Shown piece by piece: positions 50,268 to 61,420 of a DNA stretch of 64,000 bases. The stretch comes from a virus (taxonomy: Duplodnaviria > Caudoviricetes). The translations under genes were made by a program, and so were the position numbers. The notes below the pieces were generated by a model. That model was given only the letters and a program-made list of their open reading frames with translations, did no database searches and was not told the origin of the DNA. The stretch spans positions 1-64,000 of the IMG/VR virus record IMGVR_UViG_3300032038_000005; one strand, written 5' to 3'. Numbering within the stretch: the first letter of the stretch is position 1; each line of letters begins with the position of its first letter.

Positions 50268-50978
50268 ATGAGCGAAGAAATCAGAAACATGACACCCGAA
50301 CAGCTGCACGATTACTACTGCAAACTCCGTGAAAACCAGCTCCGCCAGTGGCAGATTCTCAACAACCCGATGTTGATGAAGACAATCCCGGAGATTACTG
50401 CGACACTCCTGTGGAAAGAATTCAAGTTCGGCTTCTCGGAACTCTCTGACATTCCGATTGTGTTCGTTGTTGGATGGAAGCATGTCATGGAATATGTGAG
50501 AGCACAGAACGTTCCGGAGTTCTCTGTCGACATCTGTGGTATCTCCGTAGAGTACACGACTGAATACTCTGAGACAGAAAAGAACTCGAATATTGTGCCA
50601 CAGCTGGTGCACAAGCGCATTCCTCTGTTCCGTGAACGTCAGCACACAGATGTCATCGGCTCCAGCTTCAAGAACACGTTGCTCCAGAAATATGATTCAT
50701 GGAGAACGGAGAATCTGACAGAGACCATCTCCAAACTGGAGAACGAGGTATTCGCAGAACTGCAGAAAGACTATGCGATCGACGTCGTAGTCGCACCGAC
50801 TATCTTCTGCACCATGGCTGCAATGTATGCCGCCGGTGTACAGATTGCAATGGAGACCCACGAGGAAGTCAATATGTACAACATCTTCACCATTGAAGTA
50901 TTCAACGGTGACCAGATTGTACTCTCGCCCGCTGCTATTATGAAGCAGATTATGAAAGGAGATGCAAAGAAATTATGA
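50268..50978 (+). CDS. Hypothetical protein, possibly with HU-like folds
   Basis: GAAAGGAA SD; strongly biased codons; the C-terminal EEVNMYNIF...LSPAAIMKQ is weakly HU-like. Confidence 0.7.
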   Translation: MSEEIRNMTPEQLHDYYCKLRENQLRQWQILNNPMLMKTIPEITATLLWKEFKFGFSELSDIPIVFVVGWKHVMEYVRAQNVPEFSVDICGISVEYTTEYSETEKNSNIVPQLVHKRIPLFRERQHTDVIGSSFKNTLLQKYDSWRTENLTETISKLENEVFAELQKDYAIDVVVAPTIFCTMAAMYAAGVQIAMETHEEVNMYNIFTIEVFNGDQIVLSPAAIMKQIMKGDAKKL

Positions 50979-51148
50979 TGCAGAATTGAGCATGCGGGGC
51001 TTTGCCCCCGCATCTGCTCATGTCTCTCACCGTTAAGGAGGTGACGATAAATATGATTGTAATCCACATCTGCTGACAATACAACCGTATTTAATCCGAA
51101 TGAAAAGCCAACTGAAAATTGATAATTAAGAAAAGGAGAAATCTTATT

Positions 51149-52297
51149 ATGGCTAATGAAATCATGAACAATGTAAACGCAACTGAGGTTGCAACCGAAA
51201 TGACATCCGTCGACATGGCACCCACAAACTTCCTCTGCATCGGTCTTGGTAATACAGGCAAGAACATCATCGAGGAAATCGCAGCCAGAAACACCCTCAG
51301 AGATGTCAAGCTCTTCGCAGTAGACTCCGTTGCTCCGACCGCTTCTCTGGCAACCGTGAACAGAATCAACTATATTCCGATTATCTCGGATGACAAGACA
51401 GGTTCTGGCCGTAACCGTGAACGTGGTGCAGCGATGTTTGAATACCACAAATCCATCGGTACCTTCAGTAACATGTTCGACGCTTGCATCGAAGCGAAAA
51501 CCCCTGTACTTGTTATCACATCTACAGCAGGTGGTACAGGTTCTGGTGCTACACCGATGCTTTGCAAGGCACTTGCAGAACTGGAGATTCCGGTCATTCC
51601 GATTATCGTGTGCCCGAGTATGGATGACCCGGTCGCTTACCATCTCAACAACAATGACCTGTTTGTAGAGCTGGAAGAAGCAGAAGTTGCCACATATGCA
51701 GTGTTCCGTAATATTGCCGGGGACTCCAACTATGCACCAATCAACAAGGAAATCGTCGATATGATCGAAATCATCTTCGGTAAGAAGTATGGCACAACGA
51801 CACTCGACAGTATCGATGATTCCGACCTCGATACAATTCTGACTACTCCCGGTAGATTCGTCGCCGTCTCTGCAAAGGCAAATGACATCACAAATCTCAC
51901 ACGTCAGATTACCCGCAAAATGTTCACTGGCTTCCAGCCGTCCTGGACAGAAGAAGAGGCAAAGCAGTACACATTCATGTCCGCATTCTCCCTCAAGTCC
52001 ATGTTCGCCAGTGAAGACTTCAAACAGGTGTTCGACGAAGTCCGCTCCAGAATCTATCAGGTGTTTGATGAATATCGTCACATCGAACAGGTAGACAATG
52101 GCGGCGAAGTCGAAGCCACTGTTATCATTGCCGGATTACCCAGACCGGAAATCAAAATCATCAACGACGATTTCACCAGCGCCGGTGGTATCAGTTCTGG
52201 CATGAAGAAATCCATCCGCCCCAGCTTTGTGAACCGTAAGAAAGCGGGTATCTCTCAGGGAAAAGATGGAAGACCCAAGTTCAACTGGGGTAAGTAA
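51149..52297 (+). CDS. phuZ: Tubulin/FtsZ-family GTPase (PhuZ/TubZ-like)
   Basis: IGLGNTGKNI, GSGRNRERG, the GGTGSG tubulin signature and the T7-like IDDSD. Confidence 0.9.
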   Translation: MANEIMNNVNATEVATEMTSVDMAPTNFLCIGLGNTGKNIIEEIAARNTLRDVKLFAVDSVAPTASLATVNRINYIPIISDDKTGSGRNRERGAAMFEYHKSIGTFSNMFDACIEAKTPVLVITSTAGGTGSGATPMLCKALAELEIPVIPIIVCPSMDDPVAYHLNNNDLFVELEEAEVATYAVFRNIAGDSNYAPINKEIVDMIEIIFGKKYGTTTLDSIDDSDLDTILTTPGRFVAVSAKANDITNLTRQITRKMFTGFQPSWTEEEAKQYTFMSAFSLKSMFASEDFKQVFDEVRSRIYQVFDEYRHIEQVDNGGEVEATVIIAGLPRPEIKIINDDFTSAGGISSGMKKSIRPSFVNRKKAGISQGKDGRPKFNWGK

Positions 52298-52385
52298 TTC
52301 GTAAGAATCTAATGTGGTGTGGCATGGGTATATTTCCTATGCCACCATCACTTATAGATACAATTTAGAAAAGGAGGACATTCAT

Positions 52386-53450
52386 ATGTACAGTAATAGT
52401 TATATGAATCCACAGTATGCGATGCCGCAGCCCGTACCGGTATATCAGCAGGCGTACAACAAGACAATGCCAACGGAATTCTATCAGGTCAGAGATGACG
52501 ATAGAATTGTGCTTCTGAGCCTTGACGAATATCTGGCACAGCGCGGCTATACTCCTCAGAATGTCAGACCTGAGGAATGGGTAAGAATCATCGATGTTGC
52601 GGGAGATGCATTCTACTCTGATATCGTACAGAGACTGACCAGACTCTTCCCGTTTATCAACTACGCAGATGAGAACGATGACCGTGCAAGGGGTCTCAAG
52701 AATAGTCTGTATCATCACATGAGAAATCCCAGATTCATCAATTTGATGATGAAGCAGCTGTACCAGGAAAACAATGCAAAGGCAAATGGTTATGCTGGTG
52801 CATTCCTTTGTAAAGCTGCTGAGAGATATCTGAGAGATATGAAAGAGCTGGATGATGCAGAAGTGACAGCTGTACCGAAGACCACAAAGAAAGATGAGAA
52901 AGGGAAAGAGACAAAAGTCCCGACACCTCCTGCAGCACCCAAGAAGACACATCTTGATGAGAATGTTGCAGCTTCTATGTATAATGCCGCAATGCAGTTA
53001 CTCAATGGCAAATATCAGTATGTCAAGAATCGTTGTGTTGGTATCGAAGATGGTGATGCGTTGGCGATTGCCGGTTATCTTTCCATGAACAATGAACTGA
53101 CATTGAAGGGTCTCATTCAGTGTGACCTGCCGTTGACTGCTGAACTGTTACAGAACGATAGCACCATTGGTCCTGACCCTGGTAATATTATCGCGGCAGC
53201 ACTGCATCTGCAGAAAGCTGACTATACGAAACTCTCTGTCAACCAGACGAAGTTTATTGACAGTTTGACAAAATGGGTATATTCCAGACTCGATAGCCTT
53301 GCACCGACGGCTTGCTTGGAATATCTCGTTAGTGTCTATCGTACCAGCGCACCTGGTGATGTTGTGAAGACCAATCTGATTCAGCTGAAGGATTGTGGAA
53401 CTCAGTATCCCCAGCTCATTCAGGTCGTGAGAGCACTTAAGATGAACTAA
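52386..53450 (+). CDS. Hypothetical protein (354 aa) with a Y/P/Q-rich N-terminus
   Basis: AAGGAGG SD; directly follows the tubulin gene. Confidence 0.8.
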   Translation: MYSNSYMNPQYAMPQPVPVYQQAYNKTMPTEFYQVRDDDRIVLLSLDEYLAQRGYTPQNVRPEEWVRIIDVAGDAFYSDIVQRLTRLFPFINYADENDDRARGLKNSLYHHMRNPRFINLMMKQLYQENNAKANGYAGAFLCKAAERYLRDMKELDDAEVTAVPKTTKKDEKGKETKVPTPPAAPKKTHLDENVAASMYNAAMQLLNGKYQYVKNRCVGIEDGDALAIAGYLSMNNELTLKGLIQCDLPLTAELLQNDSTIGPDPGNIIAAALHLQKADYTKLSVNQTKFIDSLTKWVYSRLDSLAPTACLEYLVSVYRTSAPGDVVKTNLIQLKDCGTQYPQLIQVVRALKMN

Positions 53451-53466
53451 TTAAGGAGGAAGAATT

Positions 53467-54000
53467 ATGTGGAATAAGCAACCCGTGAGCCCTGATGTGG
53501 ATAGAGTCATCAAGCCTATCATCATCGACATGACAAACATCTCCATCGCAGAACAGATGGACCCGACCATCAAGAACAATGAACCGGAAAACAGAAAGCG
53601 TCTGAAGAGAAAGTGTGTGCACATCACCTACAATCAGAACCAGACCGACTTCGTCATTCGTGCCCGCAAACAGGAAGACGGCAAATTCGTATGTGCGGTA
53701 TGCGGGCAGGAAATCGGTACAGAATTTAATGACGATGCAATCGACGACTACTTCCGCTGCCTGAAGAGAGTGAACCAGCTCTGTCTGTTTGGTCTGTTGC
53801 ATGGTATGCCTGCGAACTACCTGTATGGTATTATCGCACTGAAAGAGATGCTCCCCGACGTAGCAAGAATTCATAAGGAACTGAACGTGGTGGTATCCAA
53901 GGAGAACAAGGATAACAATGCACTGGATAATCTCGGTGCAGAATATGCAAGTTCCTCTTGGAACAACATCACAGGCTTCTACGGAAACGGTAGTTATTAA
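53467..54000 (+). CDS. Putative Zn-binding protein (CxH...CxxC)
   Basis: KCVH...CAVCG; AAGGAGG SD. Confidence 0.7.
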   Translation: MWNKQPVSPDVDRVIKPIIIDMTNISIAEQMDPTIKNNEPENRKRLKRKCVHITYNQNQTDFVIRARKQEDGKFVCAVCGQEIGTEFNDDAIDDYFRCLKRVNQLCLFGLLHGMPANYLYGIIALKEMLPDVARIHKELNVVVSKENKDNNALDNLGAEYASSSWNNITGFYGNGSY

Positions 54001-54015
54001 TCATGATGAAGAATG

Positions 54016-54058
54016 ACGGGGGCGTATGCCCCCGTTCTTCTTATTTCTATTTTTTTTT
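54016..54058. terminator. Terminator between convergent genes
   Basis: ACGGGGGC-GTAT-GCCCCCGT plus T-tracts; nearly identical to the 2338 hairpin. Confidence 0.8.
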
Positions 54059-55289
54059 AATTTTTGCATAATTGCATCGTCGTTTGTACGACAAAGAGCT
54101 GATCATTCTGATTGGAGATGACATGATTAACAAATGATGGACGATACAGTCCTCGCATATTGGATCCACGTATTGCAGAATCAAATAATAGATTGTATCT
54201 CGTATTCACATGCATTCTTCCAATATCAAATCCAATGGCGCTGAGATCGACTCGTGTTATTTTTTCTTTGATACGAGCTGCATTGGAAGATGCAACAAAT
54301 GGGTTCACATACTTGTGAAGAATATTTGGAATATTGTCAGAACCATAAATCTCATTTGTTTTGTATCGGTATAATTCTGACAATAATGATGTTTGAATTT
54401 CGTTTGTATTCACATTTACAGCTCCAATATGTTCTGCTTGGATAATTCGTTCAATATCTGATTCTGTCAAGACGGCAACATTATCAAACAACAGATACAT
54501 CTCATATGTGTTATGATCATATTTTTTCAATCCCACCGTGTCCGCATTTGTCTGTGAGGAAGCAATTCTGATGGGGATGATGTTTCCATATACATCTGAT
54601 GATGCATTGGTAATATACAATTGATCCAAATCCCCATAGACATGTGCACCTTTTTCATATAATCCATAATAGGTATCAAAATACGTAAATGCTTGTAACA
54701 TATTAAGATTGGGAATTAAGATTTGATCAAATCGACTGGTTTGATTTAATGGATCCATATGGTATTGATGAATATTGGATCTCGATAACATACTCTCCAT
54801 GACAGATGTCAACGGCATATTCTGATAAATAGATTCTGTTTGTCGTTTCATATAGTAAATCAACTTCTGATGATAGCCGTATAATTCAATGGTGTATTTC
54901 GGTGTCTCATTCAGATTTGATTGTGTCTTTACACCATCTCGATATTGATCCATCTTAGATGTGGGGATGTTTTTGTTTTCAATATAAGCTTTCATGCTGA
55001 ATGAAAAGCTTGTGGCACCATCCACTAATGTTGGTTTCTCTTGGTCTTTGATTAAGTAGACACCCGCATCAAAATTTCCAATCATGGTAATTTCATCTGG
55101 ATATTCTGTGATGTTTTGGATCAATGCCAAATCACAATACAAACGAACACGAATGATGGGATATGTCATAGTGTCGTAATTATGAATCATGGCAACGGAT
55201 ACAATATTAGATGGACTGACGTTATATGTCTCACCATTCACTCCCAATGCCATTGTCACACGATACATGGTTTGATATCGATTTTCCAC
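54057..55289 (-). CDS. Probable baseplate hub/tail protein (410 aa)
   Basis: AAGGAGG SD before a GTG start; beta-rich, with ILIPNL...YYGLY as in jumbo-phage hub-like proteins. Confidence 0.5.
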   Translation of the reverse strand: MENRYQTMYRVTMALGVNGETYNVSPSNIVSVAMIHNYDTMTYPIIRVRLYCDLALIQNITEYPDEITMIGNFDAGVYLIKDQEKPTLVDGATSFSFSMKAYIENKNIPTSKMDQYRDGVKTQSNLNETPKYTIELYGYHQKLIYYMKRQTESIYQNMPLTSVMESMLSRSNIHQYHMDPLNQTSRFDQILIPNLNMLQAFTYFDTYYGLYEKGAHVYGDLDQLYITNASSDVYGNIIPIRIASSQTNADTVGLKKYDHNTYEMYLLFDNVAVLTESDIERIIQAEHIGAVNVNTNEIQTSLLSELYRYKTNEIYGSDNIPNILHKYVNPFVASSNAARIKEKITRVDLSAIGFDIGRMHVNTRYNLLFDSAIRGSNMRGLYRPSFVNHVISNQNDQLFVVQTTMQLCKN

Positions 55290-55380
55290 GATAATACCTC
55301 CTTAATCACCCCTCGACATTTTGATAATCTTACCGGTCTATTGTATTAGGTCGGAATATTTCGCACAAGGAGTTGTTATT

Positions 55381-56322
55381 ATGATTCGTTTTATACAAGA
55401 ATCTGCATTACCTAAATTGTCACAAAGCTCATTGTATACCAAATATGACCAGTCTTCTGGATTGACACAATCCTTACGAGAAGAACTTGCGGGATGTGCT
55501 GATTTTATTCAGAAACCAGATGACTTGAAAGAGATTGTCGCATTGATGCAATTGAATGGAGATGCTGTCATAAAGAAAGCAATCGACGCTTGGACGAAAG
55601 GTGAAATCGTTGTGATCTTCAACAATGAACAATCCAAGATTCCATCTGTACTTCCGTATATTGTGATTGGTAAAGAGGGAAATGTGAAATGTTATGTGTT
55701 TGCCGACAAGATCATGACAAGACTGAATTCGACGAATGAGTATATCAATCTTATGGCTGGATTAGAGGCAGGATATCTCGCATTGCGATTACAACAAAAT
55801 CCCGACCGGTTTATTTCCAATCGAAATGTCATGCTTGTATTAGCAGACATTTACCAGTTCATGGTACTTTGTCCACTGGAAGTTCGTTTATACATGAAAG
55901 GTGAGAACTTGACAAAAGCTATGATGTATGCAATCGCATTCTTTTATAAACTGATTGATGGAGAACAGATGTCGTTTGAGTCTATTAACTTTAAACGCTT
56001 ATTGAAGGAGAACGTCAATAATGATTTGGCAAAACAAATTGTTGCAGAAGTAAAGGCGTTGCAATCTCCCAGTTTCATGGATCTATTAGAATTAATCAAG
56101 AAGATCAATCCTGTTCGTTATGGAAATTTGGATGCCGTTTATGTACAAAACTTTGTGTCATGTTGCGGTGTTTATATCACCTTTGCATTGGAGAATCCGG
56201 GGTACTTGTTCTTGTTATTGACATCCTCATCTTACAAAACAAAGCTAACCTCATTCAATCTGAATAAATTGGTTGGTGCACAATCTAAGAAATGTATCAC
56301 ACAATTTGTCACAATGGTATGA
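55381..56322 (+). CDS. Hypothetical (probable virion) protein
   Basis: AAGGAG SD; N-terminal FIQES motif; lies in the structural cluster. Confidence 0.7.
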   Translation: MIRFIQESALPKLSQSSLYTKYDQSSGLTQSLREELAGCADFIQKPDDLKEIVALMQLNGDAVIKKAIDAWTKGEIVVIFNNEQSKIPSVLPYIVIGKEGNVKCYVFADKIMTRLNSTNEYINLMAGLEAGYLALRLQQNPDRFISNRNVMLVLADIYQFMVLCPLEVRLYMKGENLTKAMMYAIAFFYKLIDGEQMSFESINFKRLLKENVNNDLAKQIVAEVKALQSPSFMDLLELIKKINPVRYGNLDAVYVQNFVSCCGVYITFALENPGYLFLLLTSSSYKTKLTSFNLNKLVGAQSKKCITQFVTMV

Positions 56323-56359
56323 TGATATTAAGATATCATAAAGAAAGGAGTTGATTTGT

Positions 56360-59020
56360 ATGGATGAAAAACTAGTACATTTGACGGATGATCATCATGG
56401 ATCACATACGATAAATAATGCATCTACAAATGAGGCCTCATCTGTATCTCAGAGACCACACATAGATTATTTAAATCATCTCGCAAGTGACCGGAACGGG
56501 AATCGTCAAGCATACTGGTTTGCACCAGTGCAAACCAGATTAAAAGTGTTACAATTGACACAACAATTGGACTCTTACAGACGGGATTCTTCTTTGAGAA
56601 ATATAGAACTTGGAAGTGTATTAAACTTCATCAATTCTTCTGAATATCATGAACGATATCTCCCAAGAACAGAAAATCAAAGTCGGATGTTCAGTCAATT
56701 ATCAGAGACAAGATTGGATGCCAATATTCATTTGAATCAATCTTATTTGACGGCAGAGCGACCGAATTTATCGGAAAATTATTTGATTAATCAGCATCGG
56801 TTGAATGGACAATCCATGGAACCGCTAGTACAACTGTCTCAACCAACACCACAAGATACCAATACAGATGAAACAGAACGATCTTCTACTGTATCAGAAC
56901 CATTGGTTCATTTAACGAATTCTCAAGTGCCTTATACAATACCAGATCCATCAGGAGATACCATTTCAACAGAACCACTTGTACATCTTACAACGGAAAA
57001 TGGTACACCGATTTCACGCCCAACAGCAGAACAATTAATAGAACAATCTGTTCAAAAGGGAATCAATTTTGCAAAAGAAATTGAACAACAACGACAGACA
57101 ATCACCGAACAATCACAACAGCAACAAACACCGTTATATACCCATCGAAATTCCGATGATGACGATGATGGTGGTGCATCGTTGCCAGTAAAGCCATATG
57201 ATGTACAAAAAGAACAAGGGCGCTCTGCACTGAATCATGAAATAAAAGACAAGATCAAAGAGATCGCGGATGAATTAATCAACCGATCTATTATTGAAAG
57301 ACTTATTGAACCGAATCTCGGCCAAACTTTGCCATCCTCAGAGGCATATCCCATAGATCCTGGCATTAAGCCAGTGGATCATTGGCGCGGTAGAGTTTAT
57401 AATAAAGATTTACACTTGTATCGCGATAGCACATTAGTTACAGATGGGAATGGTGATACGACACGTGAATACACTTATACCAACGATGATTATCTGTATC
57501 TCAATACCGCAAAGTCTGCCGAACGATCAAGCATCGCATTGGAAGAAGAACGGTTTGCAACAAAAGAAGATCACTTCGATTCACAAAGTGCTGCATTTAT
57601 GGAGAATCGAGCAGAAGGGTATTTACAATCGAATGGGGAACAAAAGTTTCAAGGTGGTCATACGCCAATCGTGATGTCAGGTGATGAGCGCAAAAGAAAG
57701 ATTCAGGAATACCAAGATGGACTGGCACAAGATGAGGTAAAACATCATGGATATCGACCATTATCTGTACTTGATCCATTTACCAGATTAGCAGACCTTA
57801 GTACGGGGAATCACATTTATACGGCACAATATGCAAATGCATTCTCCTATAATCGAACCAGATTACCCATTTCGGATTTGGCATGGCGAAAAGGATTTCG
57901 TCATATCTTTATTACGCGTCCAGAATGTTATATTCTAACAACTGATCAAGAGCTGTCAAAACAATGCTATTATGACGATACATTCTATTCTTCTTATGCA
58001 AGAATGCCCCATATCAGTTATTTGTTATCACCATCCTATGTGACATGTCGAGATACAAAAAGTATGGATTATGGAGATAATTTTAATTATTTATTATCGA
58101 ATACAGTATATGGAATTTCTCCATCTGGTACACAATTATCACAATTAGAAAGTGTACAAAAATCTACTGTCAATGCAACGGTGATGCCTGGTACATGGAT
58201 CAATAGTCGTTATGGAAATCAATTGAATTTGACATTCCATGACACAAAATATCTGGAGGTGTATGAATGTTTACGATTGTGGATGGAATATATTGAACAC
58301 ATTTACTCTGGGAAATTCGCATCTTCCTATAATGAATATTCATCTGATAACACCTATAACATCGATACGGGAATTACAGCTGAAGAGGGTTATCAAAGAT
58401 TGCAACCAACACATCATCACTTACATCCCTATGATAGAGCATTGGATTATTGTGCAACAATCTTTGATATTGTGACAAATGAGGCAGGAACAAAAATTTT
58501 GTATTGGTGTAAATACATCGGCGTCTATCCCGTGTTAGCACAACAGAATGGATTGTCAGATAACAATAACCAAGCATTGACAGAACAACAAACAGTGTCG
58601 GCGAGCTTCTACTATCAAGGAAAAGAAGAATATAAAATGAAGACATTAGTGGAGTTTAATTATAATGCTGGGATTGTGGATGAGCTTGGTCACCCAAACA
58701 ATGAGAATTATGCATTCTCATTACCATACTTATTGCGGACGAATTATAACCAATATCAGACCCATGAGGATCCTGATGCACGTCGAAATGGATATATGGG
58801 TGCAGCTGGTATGTTCACTGGTCGACCATATATTGTATTGAATACGGAGATGGATCGACTGATGAACCAAAATAAGTTGATACCCCAATTACGATTTATG
58901 CAATTATTAGATGAAACAGCTGGATGGATGAATGGTGGTATCGAACGTAATGTCAAAGAGAAGAAAGGCAGTATCGAACCTCGTGCGGCGATTACTGATG
59001 ATGAAGAAATTGAAGCATAA
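56360..59020 (+). CDS. Virion protein with a C-terminal tail-tube-like domain and an N-terminal repeat region
   Basis: HIFITRPE, LNLTFHDT...LWMEYI and DY...YWCKYIGVYP resemble the T4 gp19/48/54-like fold; four ExLVxL(T/S) repeats. Confidence 0.55.
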   Translation: MDEKLVHLTDDHHGSHTINNASTNEASSVSQRPHIDYLNHLASDRNGNRQAYWFAPVQTRLKVLQLTQQLDSYRRDSSLRNIELGSVLNFINSSEYHERYLPRTENQSRMFSQLSETRLDANIHLNQSYLTAERPNLSENYLINQHRLNGQSMEPLVQLSQPTPQDTNTDETERSSTVSEPLVHLTNSQVPYTIPDPSGDTISTEPLVHLTTENGTPISRPTAEQLIEQSVQKGINFAKEIEQQRQTITEQSQQQQTPLYTHRNSDDDDDGGASLPVKPYDVQKEQGRSALNHEIKDKIKEIADELINRSIIERLIEPNLGQTLPSSEAYPIDPGIKPVDHWRGRVYNKDLHLYRDSTLVTDGNGDTTREYTYTNDDYLYLNTAKSAERSSIALEEERFATKEDHFDSQSAAFMENRAEGYLQSNGEQKFQGGHTPIVMSGDERKRKIQEYQDGLAQDEVKHHGYRPLSVLDPFTRLADLSTGNHIYTAQYANAFSYNRTRLPISDLAWRKGFRHIFITRPECYILTTDQELSKQCYYDDTFYSSYARMPHISYLLSPSYVTCRDTKSMDYGDNFNYLLSNTVYGISPSGTQLSQLESVQKSTVNATVMPGTWINSRYGNQLNLTFHDTKYLEVYECLRLWMEYIEHIYSGKFASSYNEYSSDNTYNIDTGITAEEGYQRLQPTHHHLHPYDRALDYCATIFDIVTNEAGTKILYWCKYIGVYPVLAQQNGLSDNNNQALTEQQTVSASFYYQGKEEYKMKTLVEFNYNAGIVDELGHPNNENYAFSLPYLLRTNYNQYQTHEDPDARRNGYMGAAGMFTGRPYIVLNTEMDRLMNQNKLIPQLRFMQLLDETAGWMNGGIERNVKEKKGSIEPRAAITDDEEIEA

Positions 59021-59041
59021 ACAAGAAGGGAGTTGATGTAC

Positions 59042-61420
59042 ATGGCAGATATCAATGAAGATCTGTTGCATGGATTGATTAATGATGTTTTAGGTCAAGA
59101 TGAAATTCAAGTAACTAAAGATGAGATTGGAGACACTGTCACGAATATCTTGAAACAATACAATCTCTCCACGGATTTGTCATTTGTGGAAAAGATTGCA
59201 AAGATGAAGTTTCATAACAACAAAGGAGAAGAAGTTTCCATTGAAGGAATGCCGACAGAATTACAAGACGCTGCATTCTTACCTGTGAATACAATCGCAG
59301 ATATTGCATTACGTCAAGATTTGGATATGATCATTTCACAGATTCCAGAATGGTATAACGCGATTCAAGTCACACGTGATGCCGTTTGTGAAGCAGATAC
59401 GGTAGATGGCAAATTATCAAGAGTCATCAAATTCAATCGTATCTCATTGGACGAGCACCAAAAATTGTCCAATATTGCAAAGATTGAAGATGTGGAAGAT
59501 CGTTTGGAATTAAATCATATTATCAAGAATCATATTGTATTTAACACACTGCTATATGGTGAATCCTATGTATATACCATTCCCTATGCAAAGGTGTTCT
59601 CAGATTTATACCAGTTCCGTTTAAATGCGGATGACAAACGAAAATCCGCAAGTGTGGCAAATATGTTTGAAGTCTCTTCCACTATGAAAGGATATGGCTA
59701 TGGGGAATCCGCAGTCGAAATCAGTTTAAATGATACAATTGTGCAAGAAAATGCAAAGACCAAACATCGCCGGGATCATACAATTTTTACGGAACAAGAG
59801 ATTATGGATATCAACCCAATGTATCATGGTCGAATCATCGGCGAAGATGGGTTGGAAAATAAGAAAATGCAAAGTGAATATGATAAAGAGTTTGAAGAAT
59901 ATTTAAAAGATATCGGTGACAATATTTCTTATATTGAACAAGATATTGCATTACCCGTCTTAGAACAATCGGCTCATGATTTAAAAGCTGTCTATGAAGA
60001 AAAGTATCGTGCTACAAAAAATGAGACAGACGTAAAAGCATTCTTTGAAGAAGTAGTGGATGGAAATCCAGATCCAGAACCATCTACATTTGACAAACAT
60101 TTCTCACGTATTAAGGGATGTTATATTCGTATCTTACCAGCGACGAAGTTAATTCCCATTCGTATTGACAGAACGGTGATTGGATATTACTACGTGTCTG
60201 ATCAAACTCGTACGGAAAAGAGTGGTGAACGACGCAACTCTGGATTGGGTGGATATACACTTAGAACACCATCCATTGGTTATGACACCTTTTCTCCTGA
60301 TCAAATGTTCTGTGAGAAATTAGCCACAAAGATCATCAATAATTTTGATTTAAAATTCATGCGTGATAATATCGCATTGCATGAACAAATTGTTGCCATC
60401 TTGCAATCTCACAAATTTAATGAAGCAATGCTTCGTTTCATTTATATTCCCGCAGAACATGTATGTCAGTTCTCCGTCAATAAGGATGGTATGGGATGTG
60501 GGCATTCGATGATGGAGCCCGGTTTAATCGCTGCCAGAATGTATATGTTCCTCAAGTTGTATTCTGTACTGTACCAGATTAACAATTCTCAAGTGCGTGT
60601 TTATAATCTGAGAATGTCGGGGATTGATAAGAACTATCGGCAGTTTGTACAAGATACGATCCGGAAGTTTTCACAACGTCGTGTCACTGCAAATGACATT
60701 TTCAATTATCGTTCTTCCATGACAAAGGTATCTGGCGGGTCGGAATTGGTCATGCCGTTAGGTGCAGGTGGTGAGGCACCAATTCAAATTGATTCGATTC
60801 CCGCGGCAGAAGCACCCATTTCCAATGAACTAATGGAACAGATGAAAACAGAAGCCATTAACTCCACACCTGTACCTGCTTTGTTATTGACAAATGGCGC
60901 TGTATCAGAAATCGAATTTGCCAAAGAAACCGAATTAGCAAATACCAAATTCAATTCTTTCGTGGCGGGTGTCAAGATCGAATTAAACTATGATACGACA
61001 AAGTTTTATCGACGTTTGATGAGATGGGAAACAGATATTGACCCAGAGCTATTACAAGATATGAATTTCTCATTTCATATGTCCACATCAAAAACATTGA
61101 ATGTGACATCGGAAAAAATCTCAACATTTGATGCGGTATGGCAATTGGTCATGAATACCTTTTTAACAAAAGAGGAACGACAAGAAGGAGATGGAGAACC
61201 AGGAGACACTCCCGTTGCTCGTGCATTGAAAAAGAAGCTGATTGCAAAGTATTTCCCAGAAATTGATGTGGAAGATTTTGAGATGTTGGTTGGAGAGGCA
61301 CGTGATGAGGCAAATCAACATAAATTGAATGAGATTGATAAGAACAAGAATCTATTAGATAACAACGTTCCAGATGCTGGACCGGGTGAAGGAATTGATG
61401 ATGGGGGTATGATGTTCTAA
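59042..61420 (+). CDS. Portal protein
   Basis: LLYGESYVY, LIPI...IGYYY, GxSxME and RVY patterns of T4 gp20/phiKZ-type portals; acidic G-rich tail. Confidence 0.72.
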   Translation: MADINEDLLHGLINDVLGQDEIQVTKDEIGDTVTNILKQYNLSTDLSFVEKIAKMKFHNNKGEEVSIEGMPTELQDAAFLPVNTIADIALRQDLDMIISQIPEWYNAIQVTRDAVCEADTVDGKLSRVIKFNRISLDEHQKLSNIAKIEDVEDRLELNHIIKNHIVFNTLLYGESYVYTIPYAKVFSDLYQFRLNADDKRKSASVANMFEVSSTMKGYGYGESAVEISLNDTIVQENAKTKHRRDHTIFTEQEIMDINPMYHGRIIGEDGLENKKMQSEYDKEFEEYLKDIGDNISYIEQDIALPVLEQSAHDLKAVYEEKYRATKNETDVKAFFEEVVDGNPDPEPSTFDKHFSRIKGCYIRILPATKLIPIRIDRTVIGYYYVSDQTRTEKSGERRNSGLGGYTLRTPSIGYDTFSPDQMFCEKLATKIINNFDLKFMRDNIALHEQIVAILQSHKFNEAMLRFIYIPAEHVCQFSVNKDGMGCGHSMMEPGLIAARMYMFLKLYSVLYQINNSQVRVYNLRMSGIDKNYRQFVQDTIRKFSQRRVTANDIFNYRSSMTKVSGGSELVMPLGAGGEAPIQIDSIPAAEAPISNELMEQMKTEAINSTPVPALLLTNGAVSEIEFAKETELANTKFNSFVAGVKIELNYDTTKFYRRLMRWETDIDPELLQDMNFSFHMSTSKTLNVTSEKISTFDAVWQLVMNTFLTKEERQEGDGEPGDTPVARALKKKLIAKYFPEIDVEDFEMLVGEARDEANQHKLNEIDKNKNLLDNNVPDAGPGEGIDDGGMMF

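Noticed and set aside
50771-52081. 436-aa minus-strand ORF
   Set aside because: It is the antisense shadow of the codon-biased tubulin gene, with no SD or recognisable motifs. The same applies to 21430-22053, 32545-33255, 39418-40104 and 63496-63948.
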